The notes under the pieces: model-generated | The model's database searches: none | Told to the model about the DNA's origin: nothing | Seen by the model: only the letters and a program-made list of their open reading frames with translations | Made by a program: the position numbers and the translations under genes | Shown here: positions 20,901-34,362 of the stretch, piece after piece | Numbering within the stretch: position 1 is the first letter of the stretch | Layout of the letters: each line of letters starts with the position of its first letter | NCBI GenBank assembly: GCA_030141605.1 | Contig: JAQGDQ010000058.1 | Location: 591,852-655,851 of the forward strand | DNA length: 64,000 nucleotides | Source: Tubiluchus corallicola | Lineage: Eukaryota > Animalia > Priapulida | Reading direction: 5' to 3'

Positions 20901-22857
20901 TTTAGGTTCTCCGTCAACAACTCCTATACACGTGTACTGACCATTATCATCTGTCGTAACGCTATTCATTACAAGTGTACGACATCCACTACATTTCTGA
21001 ATCCAACCTTCTTCTGCGTGTATCGTCCTAAAGATTATCAACGTATTTGTTTATTTGCTTATTTGTTCCTTTGTTTGTTCGTTTGTCAACATTTTTCTTT
21101 CACACCAGTCATTCTTTCGTTCACTTACTCTACTCATATTTTCAGTCTTTCACACCCTTTTTGTTTCTATAAAACTCTTACCTACACAGGGCTAGTGTCA
21201 CAAAACTCACCAGGGCACACTCCGCAGGTTAAGGGACTTATGTCTATTCGTGACCCGTCACCCCGGGGGATCAATGGCGTGGGCGACGTTCCATGTTTCT
21301 TCGTTATACTGGAGCTCATTCTGAGTTTTCAACATTTGTATGTGACTAGGTGGAATCGAGGTCTTGTGCTTGATTGAATGTGGGCCATATGCGTACAGGA
21401 AAATTATCCGCAGAGGGCAAAACCCGAATTAAGTGTCGGGGACACTACTGCTTGCAGTGTCGAGTGACTTGTAGTATACCAAATGAAAAGCCTCGACGAG
21501 ACGAATTAAATAGTCAGAGTTCACTAGGGTATATAAACCGAAATTGGAGATTGGAGAGTCAATGATACCGATTCAGGCAGCACTAGTCTATGTAGTACAT
21601 CAAATTAAACTGAATAACATAAGCTACGCCCAGACTGGTTAAACAGTGATCCTGCCAAAAGCGAAAAACCAAAATTGGGTGGGTCGGGGAGACAATATTT
21701 AATGTTCCCAGTGCCGAACAGCACTTGCTTGTAATGCATCAAATGAAAAGCACTGATGATATAAATTAAATGGCATGAGTTACACCCACATTGCTTGACC
21801 CCTGACCCAAAGGTTGCAGGTCAAAAGTGATAAGCTTTGACTTTGGTATCTTGTAATAAATTACAAAGTATCAAGTGAAAAGTCTTGATGAGACAAATTA
21901 ATTGGTATACAGTGATCTGAAACCCCTTGACACTTGACCAGTCACGTGTTCCTGGTCAAAAAAACTAGGCGTTCCGATTTCACGGAAGTTATTATTGTCA
22001 GGCACAACAGTACTTATGTAAATATTGTTAATTTATATATCTGGAACACATTTTAATCTCTAAATACAGAACAAAAGCTGCCACTTAACTCACCTCCTGT
22101 CACAGAAACAAAATATCACCACCGTTTTTGACACAAAAATAATCAACAGTTCATTCATTTATTTATTGAACCACTCACTGATTTGTGTATCAATTCTAGT
22201 ATTTATTCATTCACTTAGTTAATATCATATCGTAATTGCAACACAGAATTAAATATTCGTGTGCTAAGCCCTCCAATTCTTATTTTTTCATAAATCTGTT
22301 CAAAAATGAGATTGGTGTAATTTGCATATTTTTCGTTTTGCCTTCTAGTGACGGTTGATGGACTACAAAGGTTACAGAACTGCATGAGTACAATTTTGAA
22401 GACAGACTCACAGACACAAATTGATCTTGAAAAGTTAATACGAGGTACGGGTCACAGAGGAGAGTAATAGCAAAACGGTGATAACAACAAATGGACAATC
22501 CGTCGTTGAATGTCGCTCCTTCTTTAATTAGATTATGGCTGTGAACATCAAAAATCACAATAGCATTGTGACTTAACCTTTGACGTTATTGTATTGAAAA
22601 AAGAAAGAAAGTGATGAAAAATTGTCGAGCTTGGGCCTGAGAGGCTGAAACCTTGCATGTACCGATATATATATATATATGTACATGTACTTACTTTGTT
22701 GGGTCTTCACTGATGGTGGAGCCATCTGGTGCCTGCCATTGCACATTTTCAAGTGTGTTGCTGTCAGCGCTGCGCGTGCAAGTGACTACCAGTGAGTTGC
22801 CCTCGGGTTTCTCTAGATCACCTTTAGGTGATAGCTCTAATTCTCCGGTTAATACAC
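14598..22857 (-). CDS. NCAM/Fasciclin-2-like Ig-superfamily adhesion molecule (3 Ig + 1 FN3 + GPI signal), exons 2-10
   Basis: Minus-strand exons 22857-22695, 21027-20873, 20627-20490, 19870-19727, 18621-18525, 17393-17288, 16718-16616, 15971-15801, 14818-14598, all GT-AG and phase-consistent. Ig1: SLVVTC..VQWQAPDG..DDNGQYTC. Ig2: NAPRKQSFNEYEDAIVKCEATADPPPKVEW..DEGTYVC. Ig3: YEPKF..YGWIGGEIELYCQADARPPATYTWYK..SDFTTYQCQADN. FN3: PDPP..HGGLELTAYRVQY..NLTPNTEYEFRVFAVNKVG. Ends SSNANSIAMCISTTLLVTLSTLLRL*. Confidence 0.9.
21188..21960. repeat. Intronic interspersed-repeat relic with three diverged internal copies of a ~30-bp motif
   Basis: tataccaaatgaaaagcctcgacgagacgaattaaat (~21475), catcaaatgaaaagcactgatgatataaattaaat (~21737), tatcaagtgaaaagtcttgatgagacaaattaatt (~21869). 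TGACC/GGTCA-rich and more GC-rich than the flanking intron. Boundaries are approximate. Confidence 0.55.
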
Positions 22858-25800
22858 CTGAAGTAAAAGATATCACGTTTAGGTAATGATTTTAGCTTGC
22901 TAGCTATAGCCCATAAAATAGAAAATATGAGGTCAATTTAGGTTTTTGGCACTATACCTTGATGTGATAAGGTCTAAGTTCCTGACTATAAAGCAACATT
23001 GAAGACGACTATTTTACCTCTCGGGCTATTATAACAGAAGCAAAATAGGAAAAGAATTAAAAGCAAACCAATAAGAATATGTGCGTTTTGGAAAAACCGA
23101 AACGGGTTCAATGCCAGGATTACTCAACATCTGCAGTTCCAGAGTAAAACGCATGATATTCAGATAACACAAAAAAGGGAAAAAATCTTCAGAAAGGAAA
23201 AACACAACGACAGGGAAAGACAGACTGAGAGAAGATACGCAAAATGAAAGAGAGAAAGAAAGAAAAGGGAGGAAATGAAGCAGTAGGAAAGTAAAATAAC
23301 GAGGGAGGTTTTGTTTAGAACTACACCCGTAAATCTTACAATTTTCACTTCGTAGACAACAATCGTCAATAATGACCATTTAATTAATTAAGATTGAATC
23401 ATACTGGGCGCAGCATTAACAATTTTAACACCAGTCCTGGCCTGATAAATATTCTAGCACTTGTTTGCCTAATTAAATAAAGAAAACTGTTTTGCGTCAG
23501 CATGTTTTGATAGAAATAATTGTGTTTAATTTGCTCATAAATCACTTCCATAGAAAAACAGAGACACTTCTCACGTTACCTTGAAATACGAACAAGTTTT
23601 TACACATACAATGAAAACTTTAACAAAAACACATTGGCTGTAGGTATGTAAACAGCTGCGCAAGAAGCAAGAACTATGTTTAATACCAATGCTTCATAAA
23701 TAAGTGATAAATTCTGTCTTAAACTTTTAAACATCACGCTACAAACAATTACGTAAAGCCAAGTCTTAATAACAAAACAAATATGCCCTTGAGTTATACT
23801 GTTAGGAGGTGTTCCTCTTACTTCATTCATACGGTGTGTTTGGAGTAAATCACAAAAAATTAATCTTAAAAATTGCCACGTTAAGAAAGGAAGGAAGGAA
23901 GGACTCGCTAGGAAGAACTTGTAGTAACTGACAGACCATACTTGTGCACCTCAGGTGAAAACTAAAAACAAGGATCTTAGTTCGCGGAACACTGAAGATT
24001 ATTATAGTGGATTGAACCACAAATACAAATGCCAAATTGCATCATCAGTTTGGCAATTTCAACTTTAGGTACTTACAAATACTTAATGAATTATGAATGA
24101 CGTTTAGTTTTCCCATTATTTTACAAAAATAAACACTTTTTAATTATACACGAGACAATTATTTAAAAACCTTGCACATTTAATTACGGCAAAGTTCATG
24201 TTCCGGGTAACAAGCTACAGTAATTCGTGGGAAAAATCTTCATTGCAAAGTTGCTGCGGGAAAGCTTTCGTTAAATTACGATTATAATGTAATTCGCCAA
24301 GGGGCAATGATATTTAAACTTAAACGATCCTAAGTTCAATGATCTGTGCTTACATAAACCTCACTGACAATCAACCGTTCAATAAATAGCAAAGAAAGGC
24401 GGTAGCAATTAAAGATTGGTAAAATCGACTATTAGATCGAAACAAGTTTCTTTCTCGTTATTAATGGCGCCACATACGAAGCATGCTATAGGAAAGTGTT
24501 ATATTAAGGGTCATTGGGAAAAGGTTTTGTTGAAATAGACCTAATAGTGGAATTACACCTATACGCTCAGAATATTTGGGTCCCGAAAGATTTCTATTTG
24601 AACGATTGGACCCCAAAGTCTATTATCCTTCTGGATCTAAGCACGCGGAGCCGATATAGATTGGATCCCAAAATGTCCAAACATGGAAAGGTCGAATACC
24701 TGGGACCAAATTTCCTGCAACTGTGCGAATATCCAGGAGCTAAACATCGTCAGCTAATTTAGACCTCCACAGCTTAATCGAAAATCGAAGTAAAATACCT
24801 AAGCACGCCTCATTCCTCCAGATACTCAACTTAAGTTAATTGCCAAGCCTCTCAGTAGTGTTTGCAAGTTCCAAACGCATCCGACGCGTCTGCTATACTG
24901 TTGTAGAAACTAGTTCTGAGTCGAGCTTAAAGTATATTCCATTCTTGTAAACTCATAAGACCATGAATGAACTTGCGAAGAGCTTCATAAAAACTAGATG
25001 TCATTAAACAGAACATTTGTGCCATAAGCAAACAGATTAAAAAGGCAGATCAAGAAGTCGCACAGCTTTGAAACTAATCATAACTGCGCACAATTATTAC
25101 CATAAAAAGTTGCAAAGAAACCGTAATGATATTGGCCCTATCAACTTGAATGCATTAAAAATACATTATGCCATATACAATCCGCAGTCTCACATAAAGT
25201 AAGACATAACCAGATGCTGACACAGTTATAGACAACCCAAGTGGATTCAATGAAACACCATAAATAAAGATAGATGAGGCTTGCTTATGACAGGTTACTG
25301 TTTCAAGATTTCCCATAGTGGTTGTAATATTGTGATTTTTGCGGATTGTGGCGGGACCTTGTAGTTCAGCTACTCAGATGTAGATTTAGCTATGATCGTA
25401 TATCTTCCTGGGATTCTGTAGTTGAATAGACGGCTGTTTATAAATTCTTACAAAGTAAAAACTGTTATTAGTTACTGTTGCCCAGAAACAGCAGACTCCG
25501 TCTACCAATCTCTAAACTTGACATTGACTTTTTTTAATTCAGAAACGCAACAGTTTTGATTTGGTTACATTTCGATTAGTTGGTTTTCGAAATAAATTGC
25601 GAACACATTAGCAAACAAACTGTAGACGGAGGTAAGAATTCTTGTATATAAACTCACTGTATAAAAAAATTAAACTTTTACATTATATCACATCAATATT
25701 ATTGCACACCGCCTTCATAAATTCTAGACCCAGTTAAGCATTACCAATTATTATTTATTACCATAATCTCGATAATTGCAATCTTTATTCGACGTCGTTA

Positions 25801-26460
25801 AACATGTTTTATCACATTATTCACTCAATTATGTATCACATTTTACGTTCCAGATATTACAATTATGTCAAAATTGAACTCATGTTAGAAATTTTCTGGA
25901 ACGGTAACTTATGGCAATGACAAAAATTTATAATTCTAGTAATGCCCACTGCTTGCTCATGTACCAAATTATTAATCAAATTTTGTCATGCATATTTTAA
26001 ATTACGACCAAAATTAGTACAATCATGAAATTGTTCTGTATCTTTATTATTATTTATCTTAACTAATATTAAAATGTAGTACATTTGGCCTTAAAATTCA
26101 GCGACAAAATGCCTTACCCTAATACAGCACTATACCTAATGAGATCAATTGTAAGATTTTGTTATTTTTCCTATAAATATCTTTTCCCATCTGGAATAAG
26201 GATTGGTAAAACTGGAAATTATTCAAATTACTGATTAACAAGTGTAGGCTTAAAACTTCAACAAGTTCAACAAATTATAATCATGACTGGAACCATTTAC
26301 GAAAACTCAACTTCAAATTCAAATAGTTCAAAATTTATTTAATAAATTTGATTAAGTGAAACTGAAGAAACAGCTCGAGACGTCCCTGTTAGATAGTCAT
26401 CAAAGTCCTCAGCAACACTTGAACTCACAAAATGTCGCTAATTTTGAAACAACACTTTTT

Positions 26461-26524
26461 CTATTTAACATAATTGATGGCTCTGATTCACTTTGTCTAT
26501 TTAGCATAATTGATGGCTCTGATT
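26461..26524. repeat. Two-copy 36-bp-period direct repeat
   Basis: ctatttaacataattgatggctctgatt (26461) and ctatttagcataattgatggctctgatt (26497). Confidence 0.85.
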
Positions 26525-27855
26525 AAATTCATAAATGACTTATTAAATGATTTGACGGATATAATGATATTATTCATTCTCCCTTTGGCAAAAAAAATTG
26601 TCCCTAGAAAATCTTTGTAAATTACCAGCCCTATTCATCTAGGATTCACTGCTTTTCAAGAATCGGCTAAATTTTCAAAACCACTACTCAATTACTACCG
26701 CACTATTTATGTGTGAAAAAATCTCTGGTTTTCGGTTCTTTGTGATTGTAAGTTGTATTACAAGCCAACAGGAAACATGTAATTTAACTTCCTAGGATAA
26801 TTACTGGGATTCGATCATGTAAACAGGTTTGCGAATTCAGTTGTTTGCATAACGCTATTTCCATCAAAGAAGCGGCTCATGCTGTAGTGTATAGGCGAGA
26901 AACAGAATTTATATCCATACAAACATCCACACTTTTCACTGAACTTAAAATTCTCTCTGACTCGTTTACCGCTGCCATGACAACGAGAAGCTGTGGAGTT
27001 TTGCTGTGTCAAGGCAGCCGTGTAGGACACAGCCACTGGGCGGTCAACTTGTCAATATTGACTATTGAGAAAGAGCGTGGTTAAATCATTTAGTTTTAGT
27101 TTCTAGTTCTTCCAAAAGAAAGTACGACAAGGGTATTGACGATAGCGTCTTCTATGCAACTAAAGTCGGCAACCAAACTGAAAAAGCGGGCCAGAATGAA
27201 ACATCAGCTAAGGTATAGCCTATCCTATTTCTGGTGATATGCAGCCTGATAGGCCAAATTGAAAATAAACAAAAAGATACGTCGACTTTAGCAATAAATT
27301 TTTGCTAACCCTATTCACAGCACTGTTAGGGTGACGCCATCTTTCCAATCAACAATGCAAGATCTCCAATCCAAACATTATATTTATTTTCCCCAAAATT
27401 TCTGGAAAATTCCTGGTTTTCAATAAAGTATTTATAACCCAATATTTTGATGATAATTTCAGAAGATTGGCCTCTGGTCAACGTGTCATTGTGTAGAAAA
27501 CGGGTGACATGAAGCTATTCAGACAATCAATATGGATACCCGTATCATATGCACTACAGCGACTGTACGTGCTAGCTTACGTTCTACAAATAATTATACA
27601 GATGCTGCATGAAATAATTATTCTGAGCTCGTATTCTGACAGCTAATTAGCCTGAAACTAAATAGAAGCTACAGGTTATGACTAAGACTCATACAAGTGT
27701 CTTATTACCTGAAATATTTTGTGTTAATCAAAATAAACGGACGTAATTTCACGCTATGTTGAATTTATCATAGCCATATTAATATGCGCTTCTATTAGGT
27801 CAATGATAATTTTGTTAACAAGATATAACACGCAATAACCTGTTATGCCATCTAA

Positions 27856-28583
27856 AGTAGCGTTTACGTAGCATCCGGATGCGTAAGCGTGAGGCGCGCT
27901 TTCCATGCGCGCGTTTATACTGACAAGTTTTAGCACGCGTTTCTGCACTCAGGATAATATTATTTCCATTTGCGTGGAATCACAGAATTGTTACCTGATG
28001 CTTGGTATCAATGGGCTCTCTGGTCAGGAATTTCTTCTGGAGTCTAACGAAATTGAGTACATACTCCAGCTTCTCTGTTGATAAACGGAAATATTCGTTG
28101 TATTTCTGACTGTCCAGTTTCCAGCTCTGTCACCAGGCGATAGTATGCACCAAACTCATACCGTTGCTTGAGAACGTCATGGACCCAGAACCTGTGACTC
28201 CTGCGTTCATCACTGAGTGACAGCAATCTTAATAGCAGCAAGCGATTCCTCTCTTTTCGTCGGGGAAGTGACATTAAAATTCCCAACCTGTTGCTGGCCA
28301 TGATTATGGTATTTACACAGTATGTGCATGCGCGAATGTCTTCTTATCCAACTCACTAGCAGAAAAGTTGGTCTTCAAGCGACTTTTCATCGTGCGAGGA
28401 AACACCAGCGTGCGGAAACGCCCACATGGAAACAATGGCACACAACTGCAGTGAATTGACGTTTCCGCGCAGTGCAACGCACGCGAAATCTGCACACGGA
28501 AAATGGGCCTTATTTTTTTCTGCTGCTATTCCTATCGATTTTTCCACAGCTATTCCGTAGATGGATGCTACATAAACGCCACT
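27856..28583 (-). mobile_element. Internally deleted PIF/Harbinger DNA transposon (728 bp) with a frameshifted transposase 5' remnant
   Basis: 21-bp TIRs agtagcgtttacgtagcatcc / ggatgctacataaacgccact (2 mismatches), flanked by TAA on both sides (27853-27855, 28584-28586), i.e. a TWA TSD. The minus strand from 28301 encodes RFWVHDVLKQRYEFGAYYRLVTEL, then after a +1 frameshift KLDSQKYNEYFRLSTEKLEYVLNFV...REPID. This matches the N-terminal pattern of Harbinger/HARBI1-ALP1 transposases. Confidence 0.88.
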
Positions 28584-30940
28584 TAACAATAAAAGAGAGG
28601 CCTTGTGCCAGCTTTTGGCCTTGTGTTTTCTCTGCAGTAGGTAACAGACATTATTATGAGTGGCTAGATGTTACGTGTATGTTACATGTTACGTTTAGAA
28701 AAAAGTAGTAGGCATATAATTCCTAAAAATTGCAATAGTAAAGCATGACAATCTTTCCACAATATTATGTAGCCGAATCATTAAAAATCAAAGTGATATG
28801 TGTCAATTGAACCCGCAAAAGTCCTGCTTGTCAGTAATACACTACGACCGAGATCTCTATCTCGACGCTCACCAAAGGAGGCTTTTCACTTGTCTGTAGC
28901 TTTTCTCATGGCTGCGATGTTATACGCCCTCTCACGGCAAACACTGTATAACTAAATCACTTGCTGGGCTTGTTGCTGCAGGACGCTTAGCAATAATGAC
29001 ATTTTCTGCGTGAAGCTGCTAATTTATCCGGGTGTGTTTCGAACTGTAACAAAAATTTCCAGTTCATCAACTTCGCCAGTTTATAAGGAGTAACCTTGTT
29101 TGATTGCCACGTCCAATAAAGTCACGCAGTTCATATAGTAGCATTTTAGTAGTTCTACTTCCATGCAATAAACCAGGTAGGCAGACACAGTATCATGGTA
29201 CTAAAGGCAAGGCTACAGATCAAGGTGGGAATCAAATTTAAAAACTAAAAAGCTCTTTGCGAAAGTACGAAACCACTACACCGACGAGGAACTTTAAATT
29301 ATGATGTATAACCTTTTTGCTTTAACAGGGTGCTCATAAACAGGGTGTTCAGATGCTTTTGTATAAACAGAAACATTAAAAATTGGAAATGTAGTAGTCG
29401 AAAAATAACTATGAAGACATTAGACTATATCCCCTAGCAACTAACTGAAAAGGCCTTTGACGGCCATACATGTACAAAGACACAGACTGACAGACAAAGC
29501 TGTTTAGCCGAACTGAAACTAAATGACACATCCTATATACACGTGCGCTGTACATTTGAAAAACATTCCTGCGTATAAAACTGAACTAGAAAGCAATAAG
29601 AGCAGTAAAAGCTGTTGTTATTTCATGATCAACGCACTTCAAGACTCCATGATGTCGCCCATAAACAGCCTCTCTGTCTAGATTAAATTTGACTATAATT
29701 TAGCTATACGCACGACATTACATGAAGCCATTGGATGGGCTGTAAACAACCTACAAATAATAAAGTGGCTTCACCCTGACGACTTCTTTTCATTTAAATA
29801 TTTCGCGTTTCTCCCAACTTAGAATCATAAAATGTAGGCAATATATTCTTACACAAGCCCACAAAGCCATAAGGCATAATCGGGCCTAAAGCACGGAATA
29901 ATCTTTGTCTCGTTCAAGTGAATGTTTTCCATGAAAAATGCCTTTGTTTCAGAAACAAATTGTGATGTTATTCAACTCATCCAAGATTTTCAGTGCATTC
30001 GTCTTTACTTCAACAATGTGCTATTGCAGCTCGACAAGTACTGGGCGTAAAAACGTCTCATAACGCACATGGAATTTGATAAAAATGTATCGTAAGGTAC
30101 TCAATGAGAGAGCAACTAAATGTGAACTAATGGAATTTGTATTACCATTTCTTCATCGATGAAGTTCACAATAACTATTGTTGAATTTAGAAGCCAAAAA
30201 ACAAAAAATGGAAACGTTAAAAACTTACTTTGACTAGATTTGAATCACGGTCTTTTGGGGGAACGTAATTACAGTAAATTACCAGAGTGGTTTAATATTT
30301 TTACAAAAATATAATTATAGCAATTCAACCAGCGCCAATTCGCCACTCTATCTGACATTAGTTTTGGAAGTTCAGCGCCTCTGAATTTGGAGAGTATTTC
30401 GATGGTCTGGCATGACATCCGTGGTAACGAGATCAACAGCTAAACAATTCGCAGCATAAAAACAAACAGTGAAAAACGTGGTATAAGAAAAACCAGTCTT
30501 GGAATTCGAAAAATCTCAGCTTCTTTACCTTAAACTTAAAATTACTGATAAAATATCAAACTTTTCAAAAAATTCTAACTTACTTAAATTGTGGTAACTC
30601 ATTTTACAAGTGTCAATTTTTAATTGAGTTTGCATTATTGTTTTCCATTGTTTCGAACTTTAATAAATCCTGGCATTTCCTTTGTTTATCTTCTTGTTTT
30701 CCGCTCCCACAAAGGTACCCTTCAACTTCGAAAAAGGCTTATTATGAAACACAACGTTAATTAAAACAACTTCAATAATATTTTGCTTTTGGTTTAGCTT
30801 TTGCTTACACGATGCAGTGTATGTTTCAATGTTATCAAATGAAGTTCATCACACCACAATGTTGCCTTATGAGCGTCTAATGTCGCTGCAGTTACAACCA
30901 ACGCTGCAAAATTTCCTCAGTTTTCCTAGTTCACTGGCAA

Positions 30941-31381
30941 AAAAGGCACTAATTCCAAGTTCCTCCACGAAAAAAGGAACTAATCCAAATTTAGTATCTC
31001 TGACTTTTTAGAAAAGCACCCCCTGTTCCAACTTCGAGCTGCACAAAAGGGAATTTAATTCAGATACCGCTCACTGCATGCTTACAAATACATGGTAAAC
31101 AACCTAAAATAGCTGGAACCATTCAAATATTCCTGACAACAACAAATTTTGCTTTTTGTTGGGAGCATAACCAAAGAAAACGAGGAAAAAAGGTAAAAAT
31201 TCGCAAAAAGTGGAACTTGGAAAGGAAGCTAAATTTAGTTCCAAATTCCTGTGTGAGAAAAGGAGGTAGTTCAAGTTCTTAATTTCATTAACTTTTCAAA
31301 AAGGGAAATTGATTCAGTTCCAAGTTCCATTTTGTTATAATGAACTGGGTCTTGTTCCAAATTCCTAAAAAAACGAATTTT
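30941..31381. repeat. Cluster of ~8 diverged AAAAGGAACTA...GTTCCAAGTTCC motifs (MITE-like relic)
   Basis: For example aaaaggcactaattccaagttcct (30941), aaaaaggaactaatccaaattt (30971), ttagttccaaattcct (~31235), aaaaggaggtagttcaagttctt (~31258), cagttccaagttcc (~31315), gttccaaattcct (~31354). Confidence 0.6.
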
Positions 31382-34362
31382 AGAATTAAAATTAGGATAA
31401 TTATTCTTTGCAGATCACATACATAAATGGCAACAATGTTCAAATATAATTTGTGACACGGAATGACAGAATGACAAGGCGGTCATCACTACTGTCATCA
31501 CATGTTATGAGTGATAAATTTGAGAAAATCATAAGTTAACCAGTACAGTTACACACTCAAGAATTAATCAAATAAATTTTAAATAAACAAAATCATAAAC
31601 CGAAACAACGTCAAATGAAAATAAACATAAAAAAGCAAATGAAAATACGATTGCAATACACGTGCAAACAACGAAAATAAAAAAATCAAGTATATCTCTT
31701 TGACCTCCTTCTATGGGCCTATATTCTGTATCAGAATTATTTCAAACACCAATATTTCAAGCAAAAAAAACTCAAAACTCAAATGAACTACTTCCAGAAA
31801 GTTCCTTTACAATCCTAACTACAACTTATTGTTATATTGTAGCTCACTATACCCTTCCTCTCTTTGCTTAAAAGCCAGCTGAAATTTTACAGCTCTCTCT
31901 AATCTTGTGTAATGAACTGTGCGTCTACACATAAAACTGTCCAAGCAATTAGAGGAAAGCAGCTAAAATTGAAATTGCCCTTGCTAAGAATGAGAGGCTT
32001 GTCTAGTTTGAAAAAGGGGAACAAGAACAAATCATTTAGTTTACAGTAAGTCACACGTTTGTAAATAATAATGAATCAATTATTCCCAGTATGTAAGGAA
32101 TTTGCAAAGCGCACCCAACAGACTGAAACAGTCGCTGTTCAGTTCAGCTACTAATGCAATTTTTTATTATATAACCACAAAATTATATCCACCTTGTATA
32201 TCAATATAAAGGAGTAGAACAGCAACGTTAATGCTTTAAGTATTCACTATTCATATAACGTGAAAACCAGGTCTGTATTCAAACCAAAAATTTCAGTATT
32301 AGTGCATAGTAGGAAGGCGATTTAGTCCTACGACTGTTTCGGTTATTATGATACTTTCTATAAATTAAAAAAAGATTCTAGTTTATGTGGAAATAAACTG
32401 CTAAAAATTGCAAATGTTTTTGTCAAACTAGTTGTGAAAATGCCACATTAAGCATATTGTGATTTCCCTCACTAAAACGGTTTAAAATTTTATAACACAA
32501 TTTATACAACAGTTTATACAATATATACTCCAACATTGTCACTGTCATTTTCGAGCTTGTCGGATCATGTTGACGCCGAGAATGACAGTGAAATTTGCAT
32601 GTCATTTAAGTTCGGCAATATCAAGCTGGCCTTGATTTTCGTCATTCTCGGAATGAACAACCAATAATAATACGAGCTGGTGACTTAGCTAGAAATGCCC
32701 GTTCACAGCGAGTGCGTATAAACGCTCGCTTGCCGCGCTGTCACTAAAAACAGCCAATTATCAACAAAAGGTGACTGCATAAATTATATTTTGCAAATGC
32801 ATGGGTGCAGAAATTTCCTTGAGTCACTTTACGTAAGTTTTACACACACAGACTTGTACAGGGAAATGTACAGGAACTTGCGACCGTACTGCGGCGACTG
32901 ACCTATAGTGCCTTGATAACCTACACTTTTTTAAGTACGGGTAAAAGTTTGTACAGTAATCGAATAGTACAGTACTTTTACTTCGTGTTATTCGAATATA
33001 ATTTTAAAAAGCCATTTGCGCTTCTGCTTTTAATTCTGGAAATATTTGATTGTAACTTCTTGCTTAGTTTCTTTGTTGAAGTTCTTTTTTTCTTTGAATT
33101 CGCTTTCCCTTTGCAGGACATGCTAAAACACAGCACGTTTTCCTACAAGCTGTTTTGGCGCTATTTCACAGATTACAGAGGTCACTTCAACAAACAGTTA
33201 TGTGCAAAGCAACTGTCAGTGAGAACTGATAGTGTGGACAGAGTTCAGTGTTTTGAATTTCATTCTGTTGAATGTCAGTCTTTTGAATATCATTCTTTTG
33301 AAGGACCGTGTAGACTAGGCATTATACACCAGGCGTAACTTGACACATCCAAATGCATCGAAGTCATATTGCTGTATAAATCATGAGTATAATATAACGT
33401 CGGGTTATTACCATCAATTTATCATCCTAATGCTTATGATCACACAGTCATGTTATATGGCAATATTTAGCTGAACTTTACACATGTCAAGCTTATTTTT
33501 ATTAACTGTAGTGTAATGAATGTACTGTGGAGTTAATGCAATTTGTATAATTAATAGATTTGAAATGGTAATTGCACTGGGTGAATGCACGATTTATTAC
33601 TCATTTATTAGTATTTACTGGTGAAATATTTATCATTATAACACCAATGAACTGCAGCTTCAACAAATCAAGTAACTTTAGACAAACAAAAACTGCTAAG
33701 CGTTATTTTTTTATTTTTGTTTATTAACTTTCCGAATAAACATGCTATTGAAATACAATGAACTTTATTTCAGTGTGGTCGCCATTGCCATGTGTAACTA
33801 AAAATACTCCTAAAAAATCACTAATTCCAAACTAGTGTAAAAGTATGAGAAGACTACGCAAATGAAAAGACAAAGACCAAATTAGTAAGTAGTAGTGATG
33901 ATGCAGCCTACTGATGTTCAGCGGAAGTCATTTGAAAAGATGAGTTTGCTCGCAAATGACAGTCATGTTATCAACTTCAAAGAGGGGCTCACTGTAAAAA
34001 AAAACAGATCCTCCTTTCTTAGAAAGAAAATAAGGGTGAAAGTGTATCAGACGGCATATAATTTCTCGAATAAAATAAATAGATTTACGACTAGTGCGTT
34101 TCCTTTGCCCCAGAAAACTTTAGGGAGCGCAAATGTTTATCCAGAAAATAACGATCACTCAAATCACTCTGTTCCCGGAAAAGAAAACATTACGATATTG
34201 TAACTAGCCATAACGTCCCTCATGTGGCAAGGCTGCACATAAATCTCGTCCATCAAGTTTGAGTTACGAGCTGGTCTACAAAGAAAACCTTTGCTAGATC
34301 CTCCCAGACAGCGTCAGGGTACTTACTCAATTATAAACCCACGCCGTCAAGATTAGCAGCTC

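Noticed and set aside
23580-23610. Alternative nearby first exon MCKNLFVFQ(G) with a GTAACG donor on the minus strand
   Set aside because: The phase fits, but it would give only a ~14-aa leader with a very short hydrophobic core. The 57399-57456 exon gives a much better signal peptide and donor. Not fully excluded as a minor isoform.
26360-26392. ctgaagaaacagctcgagacgtc, resembling a Penelope-type minimal hammerhead
   Set aside because: GAAAC is replaced by GAGAC and there are no convincing flanking helices.
32576-32651. 11-bp inverted repeat ccgagaatgac / gtcattctcgg
   Set aside because: Short arms with an unpaired interior and no TSD or precursor-like stem; not enough to call a MITE or miRNA.
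32913-34203. ORFs of 141 aa and 102 aa
   Set aside because: Non-ATG starts, no domain motifs, composition typical of AT-rich intron, and no splice-consistent partners.
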